Positions 19,172 to 27,616 of a stretch of 64,000 nt of DNA are shown in pieces (within the stretch, counting starts at the first letter, position 1; each line of letters opens with the position of its first letter). The stretch comes from Verrucomicrobiales bacterium. GTDB taxonomy: Bacteria; Verrucomicrobiota; Verrucomicrobiia; Verrucomicrobiales; V1-33. The notes under the pieces were generated by a model, which was not told where the DNA came from, searched no databases, and was given only the letters and a program-made list of their open reading frames with translations. Both the position numbers and the translations under genes were made by a program. Location of the stretch: contig JAGNEJ010000016.1 of the NCBI GenBank assembly GCA_018003315.1, positions 35-64,034 on the forward strand, given 5' to 3'.

Positions 19172-19443
19172 AAATGTTCAGAATCCGCCACTTTCAAAAC
19201 AAAATTGTTCTCATTTGGAACGGAGGGAGGATTCGATTCGAGAATGCCAGCACTGGGCGGGGACGCCAGCGCCGGTCGCATCGTGCTCCCGTTGAAAAAT
19301 CGAAATGATCGGCGGTAAAAAGGCTGAAAATTGTGGAAAACCCACGAATTTTCTCAAAAATTATCAAAAATGTAATTCTTTCTTGACTCGCTCGTATAAT
19401 ATGATAATTACAACAAATTCTGTGATTTAGAAGTTCCGAAAAA
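19172..19443 (+). promoter_or_regulatory. AT-rich leader/promoter region with 28-nt imperfect palindrome
   Basis: By hand count, 19321-19440 is about 30% G+C. GAAAATTGTGGAAAACCCACGAATTTTC (19326-19353) has near-complementary arms GAAAATT-GTGG / CCAC-GAATTTTC. TTGACT and TATAAT/GATAAT-like hexamers lie at 19383-19408. Confidence 0.3.
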
Positions 19444-19452
19444 TTGCCAACG

Positions 19453-20886
19453 ATGCACGCGATGATTGTTCGACCAAACCGATTGCGAGGGATGACGCTG
19501 CTGGAAATGCTCCTGGTGGTGGCGTGCCTGTCTTGCGTGGTCGCGGTGGGTCTGATGGTGGGGAACAATTCGCAGAATTCCGCCAAGGAAATCAAGCTGA
19601 GGCACGATGTGGCGGTCATCAACAGTTCCCTCCGCACTTATCTGGCTTCGGGTGGGGCGATTGAAACCAATACGCCGGAAGGGGCGATCCTCGCTCTCAA
19701 GCGGCAGGCAGCCCTGGCGGATTCGATGAAAATTGCCGGGTTGCGGGGAACCATGATTGACCGGCGGCTGGAAGGCGTCAGCATGGATTCACAGGAACCC
19801 GGACTGCGGGCGGTGTGGGATTCGGGTGCCAGGCAGTTTACGCTGGCCGAATCCGGTGCGGGTTACCGGGAGTTTGTTCTGAACCCGAATGCGGCGCTCA
19901 TTACCCCCGAAGACAATCGGAAGTCCTCCTTTGATCTGGCGACCCAAAGCAAATGGGTGTGGGATCACAATGCGGCGTCGTCCGGGCCAAAAACTGCCCG
20001 CGCCAATGCGCCGACAGGCTCCGGTCCCATCGCCATGCCGCATCTGGCAGCGGTGGCGGTGGGTGAACTGCTGCCGCCCAAATTTTCCCTGCCGCCCGGC
20101 TACTATTCTTACTCCAGCCTCAAGGATACGTTGAAGCTGCAATTGGTGGACCAGAATCCATCCGACACAGCCCAGATCTATTACTCGATCGACGACGGTG
20201 CCTGGACCCAGTATGCGGGTGAGGAGATCGACCTCTCCAAATCCTTTGCCACGTCCATCCGCGCCTACACCGTCTCCCTCTCGCCGGATGCGTGGTCGGA
20301 CAGTGGCATTGTCACCCAGGACTATGAAACGGTGTGGTTTTCCGGAAGCAACACCGGGGTATTTTACTCGCCGAGGGGCGACCGTAACCTGCAGACGAAC
20401 CTAACCTATGGGAAGCGGGGAAGCTATTTCGAGTGGGGAGATCCAGCTTCCGGATATACCAAGCCGAATTCGCTCAAATTTGAAGGCGCCAGCTTTGCGA
20501 AGGTTGCGCCGGAAGAGAAGTTTGTCCTGGGAACCCTGACTTACTACAATGGCACCACCTACGCCAACACCAATGCCACCAGTGTCAAAATCGACATGAA
20601 TCTGAATCTGACGGAGCCCGCGGCAACGGAAAAGCTGAGTTTCACGTTCTCCTTGTACAGCACCACCAACCGCACCAATCAGACGGATGATGAAAACGCC
20701 GACTTTGTCCACATTCCGACCATCAGTTCCTCCTTCTCCACGACCATTCAGGGGAGAACCTACTATCTGAAACTGCACTTCGGAACGCATGATGCCAACG
20801 GCTTCACCACGATCGACACCTTCCACACCCACGAAAACAAGACGATGAGCGGCACCGTTTGCGGAACCCTGACCACGACGCCCTAA
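19453..20886 (+). CDS. prepilin-type N-terminal cleavage/methylation-domain protein with Fn3-associated-like and choice-of-anchor K-like C-terminal domains
   Basis: Leader ...RPNRLRG|MTLLEMLLVVA matches the type IV prepilin G|(F/M)TLxE site, with Glu at +5. AQIYYSIDDGAWTQYAG resembles the chitobiase/Fn3-associated motif. The C-terminal region (LKFEGASF...FVLGTLTYYNGTTY...FTFSLYSTTN) resembles choice-of-anchor K domains. The ORF-track start at 19444 is TTG. ATG alternatives are at 19453 and 19462. Confidence 0.65.
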   Translation: MHAMIVRPNRLRGMTLLEMLLVVACLSCVVAVGLMVGNNSQNSAKEIKLRHDVAVINSSLRTYLASGGAIETNTPEGAILALKRQAALADSMKIAGLRGTMIDRRLEGVSMDSQEPGLRAVWDSGARQFTLAESGAGYREFVLNPNAALITPEDNRKSSFDLATQSKWVWDHNAASSGPKTARANAPTGSGPIAMPHLAAVAVGELLPPKFSLPPGYYSYSSLKDTLKLQLVDQNPSDTAQIYYSIDDGAWTQYAGEEIDLSKSFATSIRAYTVSLSPDAWSDSGIVTQDYETVWFSGSNTGVFYSPRGDRNLQTNLTYGKRGSYFEWGDPASGYTKPNSLKFEGASFAKVAPEEKFVLGTLTYYNGTTYANTNATSVKIDMNLNLTEPAATEKLSFTFSLYSTTNRTNQTDDENADFVHIPTISSSFSTTIQGRTYYLKLHFGTHDANGFTTIDTFHTHENKTMSGTVCGTLTTTP

Positions 20887-20891
20887 CCCGC

Positions 20892-21662
20892 TCAAGTCAC
20901 GCCGCGCTGACTGTCCCGGAAAAACCGCGCCAGGTGCGCCACATGCGGGTCCGCCGCACCGGCCTCCAGTTCTGCGACCGCCTGGCTGCGGTTCTTGTGG
21001 CGCAGGTAAATCACCTTGTAGGCCTCCTTCAGGGCGCGCAGGGTTTCGTCGCTGAAGCCGCGCCGCTGCAGGCCGACGGCGTTGATGCCGCGGCACTTCG
21101 CCGGATTTCCATCCACCAGCGTGTACGGGGCCACGTCCTGCACGATTTTGGTGCAGCCCCCGGTGATGCTGTGCCGTCCGATGCGGCAGAACTGGTGCAC
21201 GGCGCTGAATCCGCCCAGCACCGCATGGTCCTCCACCACCACATGTCCTGCCAGGGTTCCGTTGTTGGAGAATATCACGTCATCGCCCACCAGGCAGTCG
21301 TGGGCGATGTGGACGTAGCTGAGGAAGGCCCCCCGGCTGCCGATTTTTGTCAGCGTTCCGGGCAGCGTTCCCCGGTTCACCGTGCAGAATTCGCGGAATA
21401 CGTTGTCATCGCCGATTTCCAGATGCGTTGGTTCGCCGGTATATTTCAAATCCTGGCTCTGCTGGCCGATGGAGCAGTAGGAATGAAACCGGTTGTTGCG
21501 TCCGATTTTGGACGGGCCGCAGAGGGTGACATGATTCTGCAGCCAGCAGCCGTCGCCCAGAACCACCCCGTCGAACACCACGCAATAAGGACCAATCTCC
21601 ACATTGTCGCCAAGTTTGGCCGTGGGGGAAATGATGGCGGTGGGATGAATGGTTTGCGGCAT
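20892..21662 (-). CDS. lpxA: acyl-ACP--UDP-N-acetylglucosamine O-acyltransferase
   Basis: The ATG at 21662 gives MPQTIHPTAIISPTAKLGDNVEIGPYCVV. Hexapeptide-repeat left-handed beta-helix throughout, plus the LpxA C-terminal helical domain. 256 aa. Confidence 0.9.
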   Translation of the reverse strand: MPQTIHPTAIISPTAKLGDNVEIGPYCVVFDGVVLGDGCWLQNHVTLCGPSKIGRNNRFHSYCSIGQQSQDLKYTGEPTHLEIGDDNVFREFCTVNRGTLPGTLTKIGSRGAFLSYVHIAHDCLVGDDVIFSNNGTLAGHVVVEDHAVLGGFSAVHQFCRIGRHSITGGCTKIVQDVAPYTLVDGNPAKCRGINAVGLQRRGFSDETLRALKEAYKVIYLRHKNRSQAVAELEAGAADPHVAHLARFFRDSQRGVT

Positions 21663-21832
21663 GATGAAAAAATCGCGCCCCGATTTAGCGGGAAATGGTG
21701 AAGAACGCAACCGGTGATGGTACGACAGTCGGCGTCGTTCTGTTGATCCTGGCGGCGGGACCGGGGTCCCTCCGACGGACGCAGATCCATGAACGCACGC
21801 GGACAAGCGGGACTCCTCCGGAAACGGAGAAC

Positions 21833-22735
21833 TCAGGATTGACCGCCACGGTGGAGTGCAATCAGCTGGGATTTGGCCTCCGCAGCGGTCGCGGTGGGGA
21901 GCAGGCAGGATTCCCGCTTGAACCAGGTGATCTGCCGTTTGGCGTAGCGGCGGGTGGCCTGCTGCAGGACTGCCAGTGCCTGTTCGGGGGTCAGGATGCC
22001 CGTTTGGAGCTGGCGGATTTCACGCAGTCCGATGGCTTTTTCAGCGGTGGCGGAAAGGACCGAAAGGCGCGCCACTTCAGCCGCCACTCCCTGTTCAAAC
22101 ATTCGTTCGGCACGCTGGTTGATGCGCGCGTAAAGTTCCGCGCGGGGCGGATGGAGAAACACCCCCCGCGGGGCGGGAGGATGCTGTTTCCAGGCGTGTT
22201 TGAATTCCGAGGCGGGCCGCCCGGTGAGCAGGGAAATTTCCAAGGCTCTTTGCACATGGCGGGCGTTTTGCAGGTTCACCTGGTCCGGCGCAGCGGGGTC
22301 CACCCGGCAGAGCCATTCCTGCAGTTCGGAAATTGTTAGGGAATCGAAGGTCCGACGCAGGGCGGTATTGGCGGGCGGCAGGTCCGCCAGGCCATGAGTC
22401 AGGCTTTTCACATACATGCCGCTGCCTCCGACAACGAGTGGGCGGACGCCCCGGGATTGAAGTCCTGCAATGGCTTGAGCTGCCAGCACGGCATACAGCC
22501 CCACATCAAACGCGTCCGCGGCATCGTGGCAGCCGTAGAGGTGATGCGGAATGAGCAACCGGTCCGCAGCGGACGGCTGGGCGGTTAGGATTTCCATTCC
22601 CCGGTAAATTTGAAAGGCATCGGCGTTGACGATTTCTGCGCCGATTTCCCCGGCCACCTCCAGTGCCAGGGCGCTTTTTCCGGAACCGGTCGGACCGGTG
22701 AGAAACAGCGGGGTGAGCGAGGGGCAGGCGTTCAC
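21833..22735 (-). CDS. miaA: tRNA dimethylallyltransferase
   Basis: P-loop LTGPTGSGKSALAL followed by IVNADAFQIYRGMEILTAQP, the canonical MiaA N-terminus. GTG start. 300 aa. Confidence 0.9.
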   Translation of the reverse strand: MNACPSLTPLFLTGPTGSGKSALALEVAGEIGAEIVNADAFQIYRGMEILTAQPSAADRLLIPHHLYGCHDAADAFDVGLYAVLAAQAIAGLQSRGVRPLVVGGSGMYVKSLTHGLADLPPANTALRRTFDSLTISELQEWLCRVDPAAPDQVNLQNARHVQRALEISLLTGRPASEFKHAWKQHPPAPRGVFLHPPRAELYARINQRAERMFEQGVAAEVARLSVLSATAEKAIGLREIRQLQTGILTPEQALAVLQQATRRYAKRQITWFKRESCLLPTATAAEAKSQLIALHRGGQS

Positions 22736-22768
22736 GCTCTGAGAAAGCGGCGGAGTCTGCGGCGGGAA

Positions 22769-24757
22769 TCAATCCCACAGGCGCCGCTTGCAGAAACAGT
22801 AGGCCAGTGTGAGGCCGACGGCGACGTGGAGCAGCAGCACGATGCTCGCCGTGTCCATGGAGGGAAATGGGGACGTGGGCACGGCCCAGCGGATGCCGGC
22901 CTGGAATTTCCCCCCGGCGGCCTCGGAAATCACCTTCATCTGCCCGCCCCAGCTCCAGTAGGCGGCGATGAGCGGCTGGGAGAGGGGTTCCAGCCAGCCA
23001 GGCATTTTCAGAACGGCGCCGGAAAGTGGAAGCTGGAAGCCGACGAGGTAAATGCTGAGCAGGGAGGCCTGGTCGGCGCTGCGCATCGCAGCGGAAATGC
23101 CCAGGCAGACAAAGGTCATGGCGGCATTGACGTAAATGAGCAATTTCATGCGGCTGACGAAGTCGCCGTCGAGCTGGCAGAACAGATCCACAAACAGTGC
23201 CATCCAGCAGGATTGTGCCGTGACTAGCAAACCGAGGAAAAACACCTTGCTCAGCACGTAGCCGGCGGGACGCACGCCGCCGAGGCGTTCCTTTTCATAA
23301 ATGAGGCGTTCACCGGCGATTTCGCGGGCGGCGTTGTTCGAACCCATGAGGGTGAGCAGAATGACCTGGAACATGACCAGGCCCGAAACGAGCCCGCCGG
23401 CCTTGGTGTTCCGTTCTGCATTGACCCGGTAGGTCTCCATGCGCTCCACCACGTCCTGGGATTCGTCCGCCGTGAGCGAGGGCGGTTTTTCGACTCCGTT
23501 CGGTGCGAAGATAATGACCAGCAGCGGAAAAATGACCAGCAGGGCAATTTGCAGGACAAGCTGGGTGCGGTCGCGGAAAAACAATTTCCAGCGGCGGCTG
23601 AAAAGCACGAAAAACTGCCGCAGCATTCCCGGCAGACGCGCGACGGCCTCCTCCTGCGCTTCGGTTTCGTCAGGCGCAGCATCGCGCTGCTGCTCTTCGG
23701 CGAATTCATCGTGATCCCGCTTCCGCTTTTTCCTCGTCAGTCGGATTTTCGGTGCGGCGGCGGTTCCAGCGGCGACCTCCGTCGCGGCGGCATCGGTGTT
23801 GTCAGGGGTGTCGTTGTCCACTGCGGTGTGGCCTGCAGGGAGGGAAAAGGGCTGGGATGGCTGGGGACGCGATGGGGAGGGAAGCGTCACCGCTTCCGCA
23901 ACCTCGTTAGCGTCCGGTGCCGCCGTGGAGGATTCGCCGCCTTTGCGGGCCCGGTGGCGGCGCTCCAGGACCGCGTAGTATTGGGGGCGGTATTTGGACC
24001 AGCTTTCATGCCACCGGGCGGAGGGCCGACGGCCCAGCCAGGGGTAGATTTCCTCTGCGCTCTGGACGCTGAAGTAGTGGCCGATTTTGTCCGGCGGGCC
24101 GTGATAGACCACCTTTCCCTCGTGGAGGACCAGCACCGAGTCGTAGAGTTCCAGATTGGCCAGGCTGTGGGTGATGTTCATGACGATGCGCCCGTGCTGT
24201 TGCGACAGGGCATGCATGAGGTGGACAATTTCCCGCTCCGATTTGGGATCGAGTCCGCTGGTGACTTCGTCACACAGGAGCAGGGTGGGATTGCTGACCA
24301 GCTCCATGGCCAGGCCGAGTCGGCGCTTCTGCCCGCCAGAAAGCACTTTGACGAATTTTTCCCGCATCGACTCCATGCCGACCTGGGTGATGACGCTGTC
24401 GGCCAGGTCGTAAAGGGCATCGGAGTTGGCGGTTTTGACCCGCAGGCGAATCGCGTTTTCGACGCATTCATCCACGGTCAGGTGGTCGTAGGCGATGGAA
24501 AACTGCGGGACATAGCCGAGTTCCGAGGGGTGGAGTTCGCCGTCGTCGGCAAGATTTTTTCCGCGCCACCAGACTTCACCCTCGGTTTCCAGCAGCAGCC
24601 CGGTGATGATTTTCATCAGCGTGGTCTTCCCGCAGCCGGACGGTCCCACCACGGCCATGAAATGACCAGGATGGAGTTTCAGCGAAATTTTATGGAGGAG
24701 ATCCAGGTCCTCGCCGTCCTTTTCAATGGTGTAGGTGATGTCCCTAAGCTCAAGCAT
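22769..24757 (-). CDS. fused ABC transporter (ATPase + ABC-2 type permease, ABCG-like half transporter)
   Basis: Walker A GPSGCGKTT, signature LSGGQKRR and Walker B LLLCDE are present. A ~120-aa Pro/Ala/Glu-rich low-complexity linker follows, then six predicted TM helices. Confidence 0.8.
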   Translation of the reverse strand: MLELRDITYTIEKDGEDLDLLHKISLKLHPGHFMAVVGPSGCGKTTLMKIITGLLLETEGEVWWRGKNLADDGELHPSELGYVPQFSIAYDHLTVDECVENAIRLRVKTANSDALYDLADSVITQVGMESMREKFVKVLSGGQKRRLGLAMELVSNPTLLLCDEVTSGLDPKSEREIVHLMHALSQQHGRIVMNITHSLANLELYDSVLVLHEGKVVYHGPPDKIGHYFSVQSAEEIYPWLGRRPSARWHESWSKYRPQYYAVLERRHRARKGGESSTAAPDANEVAEAVTLPSPSRPQPSQPFSLPAGHTAVDNDTPDNTDAAATEVAAGTAAAPKIRLTRKKRKRDHDEFAEEQQRDAAPDETEAQEEAVARLPGMLRQFFVLFSRRWKLFFRDRTQLVLQIALLVIFPLLVIIFAPNGVEKPPSLTADESQDVVERMETYRVNAERNTKAGGLVSGLVMFQVILLTLMGSNNAAREIAGERLIYEKERLGGVRPAGYVLSKVFFLGLLVTAQSCWMALFVDLFCQLDGDFVSRMKLLIYVNAAMTFVCLGISAAMRSADQASLLSIYLVGFQLPLSGAVLKMPGWLEPLSQPLIAAYWSWGGQMKVISEAAGGKFQAGIRWAVPTSPFPSMDTASIVLLLHVAVGLTLAYCFCKRRLWD

Positions 24758-24887
24758 GGAGATTGCTTCCTCTTTGCGGTTTTGCGATTATGGTGAATGA
24801 CTGGATGGAGCCGCAGCCCGCAGTGATCAGACACCAAGCCGCCAAGCGAGGCAACCTTTCCAAACACGTAAACCACATTTTTGCCGC

Positions 24888-26561
24888 ATGGATGACCCAG
24901 TGACTTCCGAGTTGGACGCCCCCGCCACCGGGCAGACAGCGCCGTCGCCGCGCAGCCGGTCGCGTTCCAGAGGCAGGCGTCGCCGGAAGGCAAACTGGGG
25001 CGGACGGCTGCTGGCGGCGGTGGGGGTTTTGGTGGTGTTGCTGGTGGCTGGTTTCTTCGGTTTCAAGCTCTGGCTCAAAGGCTACATTCAGGGCCCCGCC
25101 TTCCGCGGTGAGTTGAATGAGGAAATCAGCAACCGGCTCAAGGCGCGAACGGACATCGAGGGCCTCGCCTGGGATGACAATGCCGCCCGCATCTCCCGCA
25201 TCAGCGCCACCGGACACCTGGACGCTGCGTTTTCGCGGGCCAGCATCGATGACATCCGCGCCGAGGTGAAGCTTGACCTGCTGGGGCGCGCCCTGGACAT
25301 CCCGGACATCACCGTGAGCCGCGCCCGCTTTACGGTTAGTGACGAAGGGCGAATCCCGACCCTGTTTTCCCGCGGCGAGAATGCGGATGGCACCGCTGCA
25401 CCGCCCAGGAAGGAGGGTTTTCTGGACTCGTTCAAGCCGAAGCGCTTCAGCATCAAGGAAGCCCGGATTGAGTCCGTGGAGGCCATTGTCAGGGCGGATG
25501 GCACGGAAGCCCGGCTGGAAAATCTGCCGGTGGTGATGAAGCCTGGACCGAGCCTGAAGGAATGGAACCTGTCCAGTCATCCGACGGATGGCCGGGCGGT
25601 CCTGCTGGCCAATCTGGGCGGCGGATTCCGGCTCAAGATCGCGGATCTCGCGGCGAGAGTGAAACCCGGCCAGTTCGAACTGCTCAACCTCGAAGGGGAA
25701 GTGGAACGCCTCCAGCCCACAGCCGGTTTCAACAATGATCTGGGGCGCACCCGGCTGTCCTGTTCGGCATCCTATCATGATTCGGACAGGGGGGCGCATT
25801 TGGATTTTGATGGACGGGTGACCGATTTGAAACTGCAGGACTGGGTGCGTGAGGACTGGGTGAAGCGGCTGACCGGCACGGCGGATTTGAAAGTGAAGGC
25901 AACGCAGACCCCGGATGCCCCGCTGCGGGCGGAGGGCACATTCATCGTGAAACAGGGCGTGCTGCAGGGCCTGCCGGTGCTGGCCAACCTCGCGGAGAAA
26001 ACCAAGACGCTGGAATTTACCCAGCTTCAGTTGAACACCGCTCGCTGTGATTTCAAACACACGGGGGATGAGTGGCATCTCCACCGCATCGAAATCGAAT
26101 CGCGCGGACTGCTGCGCATCGAAGGCTACGTCACCATCCGGGGGGGGCAGCTCACCGGACTGCTCAACGTCGGCGCGGCTCCGGGTCGGCTGCGCCCCAT
26201 CGACGGTGCGGAACAGAGGGTTTTTACCCGGGATGAAAATGGCTACAAGTGGGCGGTGCCGCCGATGAAGATCTGGGGGACGCTGGATGACATTCAGGAG
26301 GACCTCGGAGGACGCATCAAGGACGCCTGGCTGGATCAGCAGATCGAAAACGTCACCGACCTGGCGGTGAAGGCTCCGGAGGCCGCGGTGCAAACGGGGA
26401 CCAAAGCGGTGGAAACGGGCACCAAGCTCCTGGAGCAGGGAATGAAGGCTGCGCCGGACATCCTCGACAAGGGTGCGGAGCTGTTTCAGGGACTTTTTGG
26501 CGGATCCAGAAAGCGGCTGGAGGAAATGCCCGCCGCCCCTTCAAAACTGGAACCCAAGTGA
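24888..26561 (+). CDS. membrane-anchored periplasmic protein, AsmA-like (tentative)
   Basis: Arg-rich N-terminus, a single TM helix (LLAAVGVLVVLLVAGFFGF), then a ~480-aa beta-rich periplasmic region. The architecture resembles the AsmA family, but no diagnostic motif was verified. Confidence 0.4.
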   Translation: MDDPVTSELDAPATGQTAPSPRSRSRSRGRRRRKANWGGRLLAAVGVLVVLLVAGFFGFKLWLKGYIQGPAFRGELNEEISNRLKARTDIEGLAWDDNAARISRISATGHLDAAFSRASIDDIRAEVKLDLLGRALDIPDITVSRARFTVSDEGRIPTLFSRGENADGTAAPPRKEGFLDSFKPKRFSIKEARIESVEAIVRADGTEARLENLPVVMKPGPSLKEWNLSSHPTDGRAVLLANLGGGFRLKIADLAARVKPGQFELLNLEGEVERLQPTAGFNNDLGRTRLSCSASYHDSDRGAHLDFDGRVTDLKLQDWVREDWVKRLTGTADLKVKATQTPDAPLRAEGTFIVKQGVLQGLPVLANLAEKTKTLEFTQLQLNTARCDFKHTGDEWHLHRIEIESRGLLRIEGYVTIRGGQLTGLLNVGAAPGRLRPIDGAEQRVFTRDENGYKWAVPPMKIWGTLDDIQEDLGGRIKDAWLDQQIENVTDLAVKAPEAAVQTGTKAVETGTKLLEQGMKAAPDILDKGAELFQGLFGGSRKRLEEMPAAPSKLEPK

Positions 26562-27575
26562 GACGGAGAAGGCGGGAGCGGGATCGAGTGAGTCCTCCTC
26601 GCTGAAGCTCTGCGTCACCACTGGAAACAGCGCACTGACACTGGCGGTCAATGCATCCGTGATTTTCACTCCGGCACCGACCGTTGCATTCAGAGTGAAC
26701 TGGCCGGAGTTTTCATCCCGTTTTCCCGACCAGTAACTGTAGCCGAAATAGTCGGCGGAAAGGCCTGCGGAGAGGGAAAACTTCGGTGTCGGCAGCCAGG
26801 TGAGGCGCGGGATGGCCGTGGCTTCCAGCGAACCGCGATAGCCCTCACCATTTTCGTAGAGCGGAAAACGTCCGCGGGTGAAGAGGGAAACTGCCCAGTG
26901 TTTGGCTAGCGGCAGTCCGAAATAGCAGTCGATGACAGGATCCACGGTTCCGTTTCCAAACTGGATATGCAGGTGCTCCAGCCCGGCGTCGCCCAGTACC
27001 CAGGGGTTGGCTTCCGTGTCGCCAAAGGGCAGGGTGATGCCTGCTGACACTCGGAAAACGCTGTCTTCAACCAGCAGATCCTTGCGCCGCCAGCCGACGG
27101 ACAGTTCCGCATCGGAAAACCCGGAATAGGTTTCCGTGCGGTGGTGGATCCGCCCATTGCGCCGTGCCGCCGCGCGGTCGTTTTCGCCCACGGAATCGGA
27201 AAACAGGGTGATCGCCGTCTGGTCCTTGATCAGATAGGGCAGTCGGAAAACGGCATCCCAGGAATCGTCGAACGTGCGGGAGACGGACCACTCCAACCGG
27301 GTCAGGTCCAGTTCCACCTCGTGGGCATGGCGGCTGACTTCGATGACCCGGCCGTCCGCCGACAGCCCGTGATCCTCCGCATGGCCGCCGTGCAGTCCGC
27401 GGCTGGTGGTGACATCAATGCCGATGCGCCACGATCCGCCAGCCTGGCCGACAATTCCCGCCTCCGCGTCCCCCGACCGGGGGATGGCAGGATTCGCTCA
27501 GGCCGGTCACCCATAGGCGCGTCCCGTGAGCAGGAGCAGGACGGGCAGGGCGAAGGGAAATCGGCGAAGGTGCAT
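26541..27575 (-). CDS. outer-membrane beta-barrel protein interrupted by two in-frame TGA codons (candidate U-x-x-U selenoprotein, or pseudogene)
   Basis: The ATG at 27575 encodes signal peptide MHLRRFPFALPVLLLLTGRAYG. TGA (27507-27509), CCG, GCC, TGA (27498-27500) follow, all in the same frame as the 258-aa barrel ORF (27575-27317 = 258 nt). The frame stays open and protein-like from 27497 (ANPAIPRSGDAEAGIVGQAGGSWRIGIDVTT...HGGHAEDHG...). Alternating beta-strand pattern and C-terminal ...SLGFQF (terminal Phe). The only canonical start after the TGAs (GTG 27317) would leave the barrel without a signal peptide. Confidence 0.5.
27469..27484 (-). other. SECIS-like hairpin (GC stem, GGUC tetraloop) downstream of the in-frame TGAs
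   Basis: The minus strand reads U-CCCCC-GGUC-GGGGG-A. 19 nt separate the second TGA from the first loop base. From memory, the E. coli fdhF SECIS has a GGUC apical loop about 18 nt after UGA. Confidence 0.3.
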
Positions 27576-27616
27576 GGCGGGAAACGGAACTTGTTTGTGA
27601 AGGAAGGCGGAATTTC

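Noticed and set aside
19172-19330. Possible c-di-GMP or other riboswitch ahead of the pilin-like gene
   Set aside because: I could not find the conserved GEMM-I/II core sequences or a convincing multi-helix fold by eye. It needs a covariance-model scan before any claim.
19383-19400. Apparently perfect TTGACT and TATAAT hexamers
   Set aside because: They are only 6 nt apart, so they cannot act together as a -35/-10 pair. The alternative GATAAT (19403-19408) gives a 14-nt spacer, still short. I kept this only as a low-confidence regulatory region.
24750-26393. 547-aa minus-strand ORF
   Set aside because: It is antisense to the 557-aa membrane-anchored protein, which has a convincing TM anchor. 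Shadow frame.
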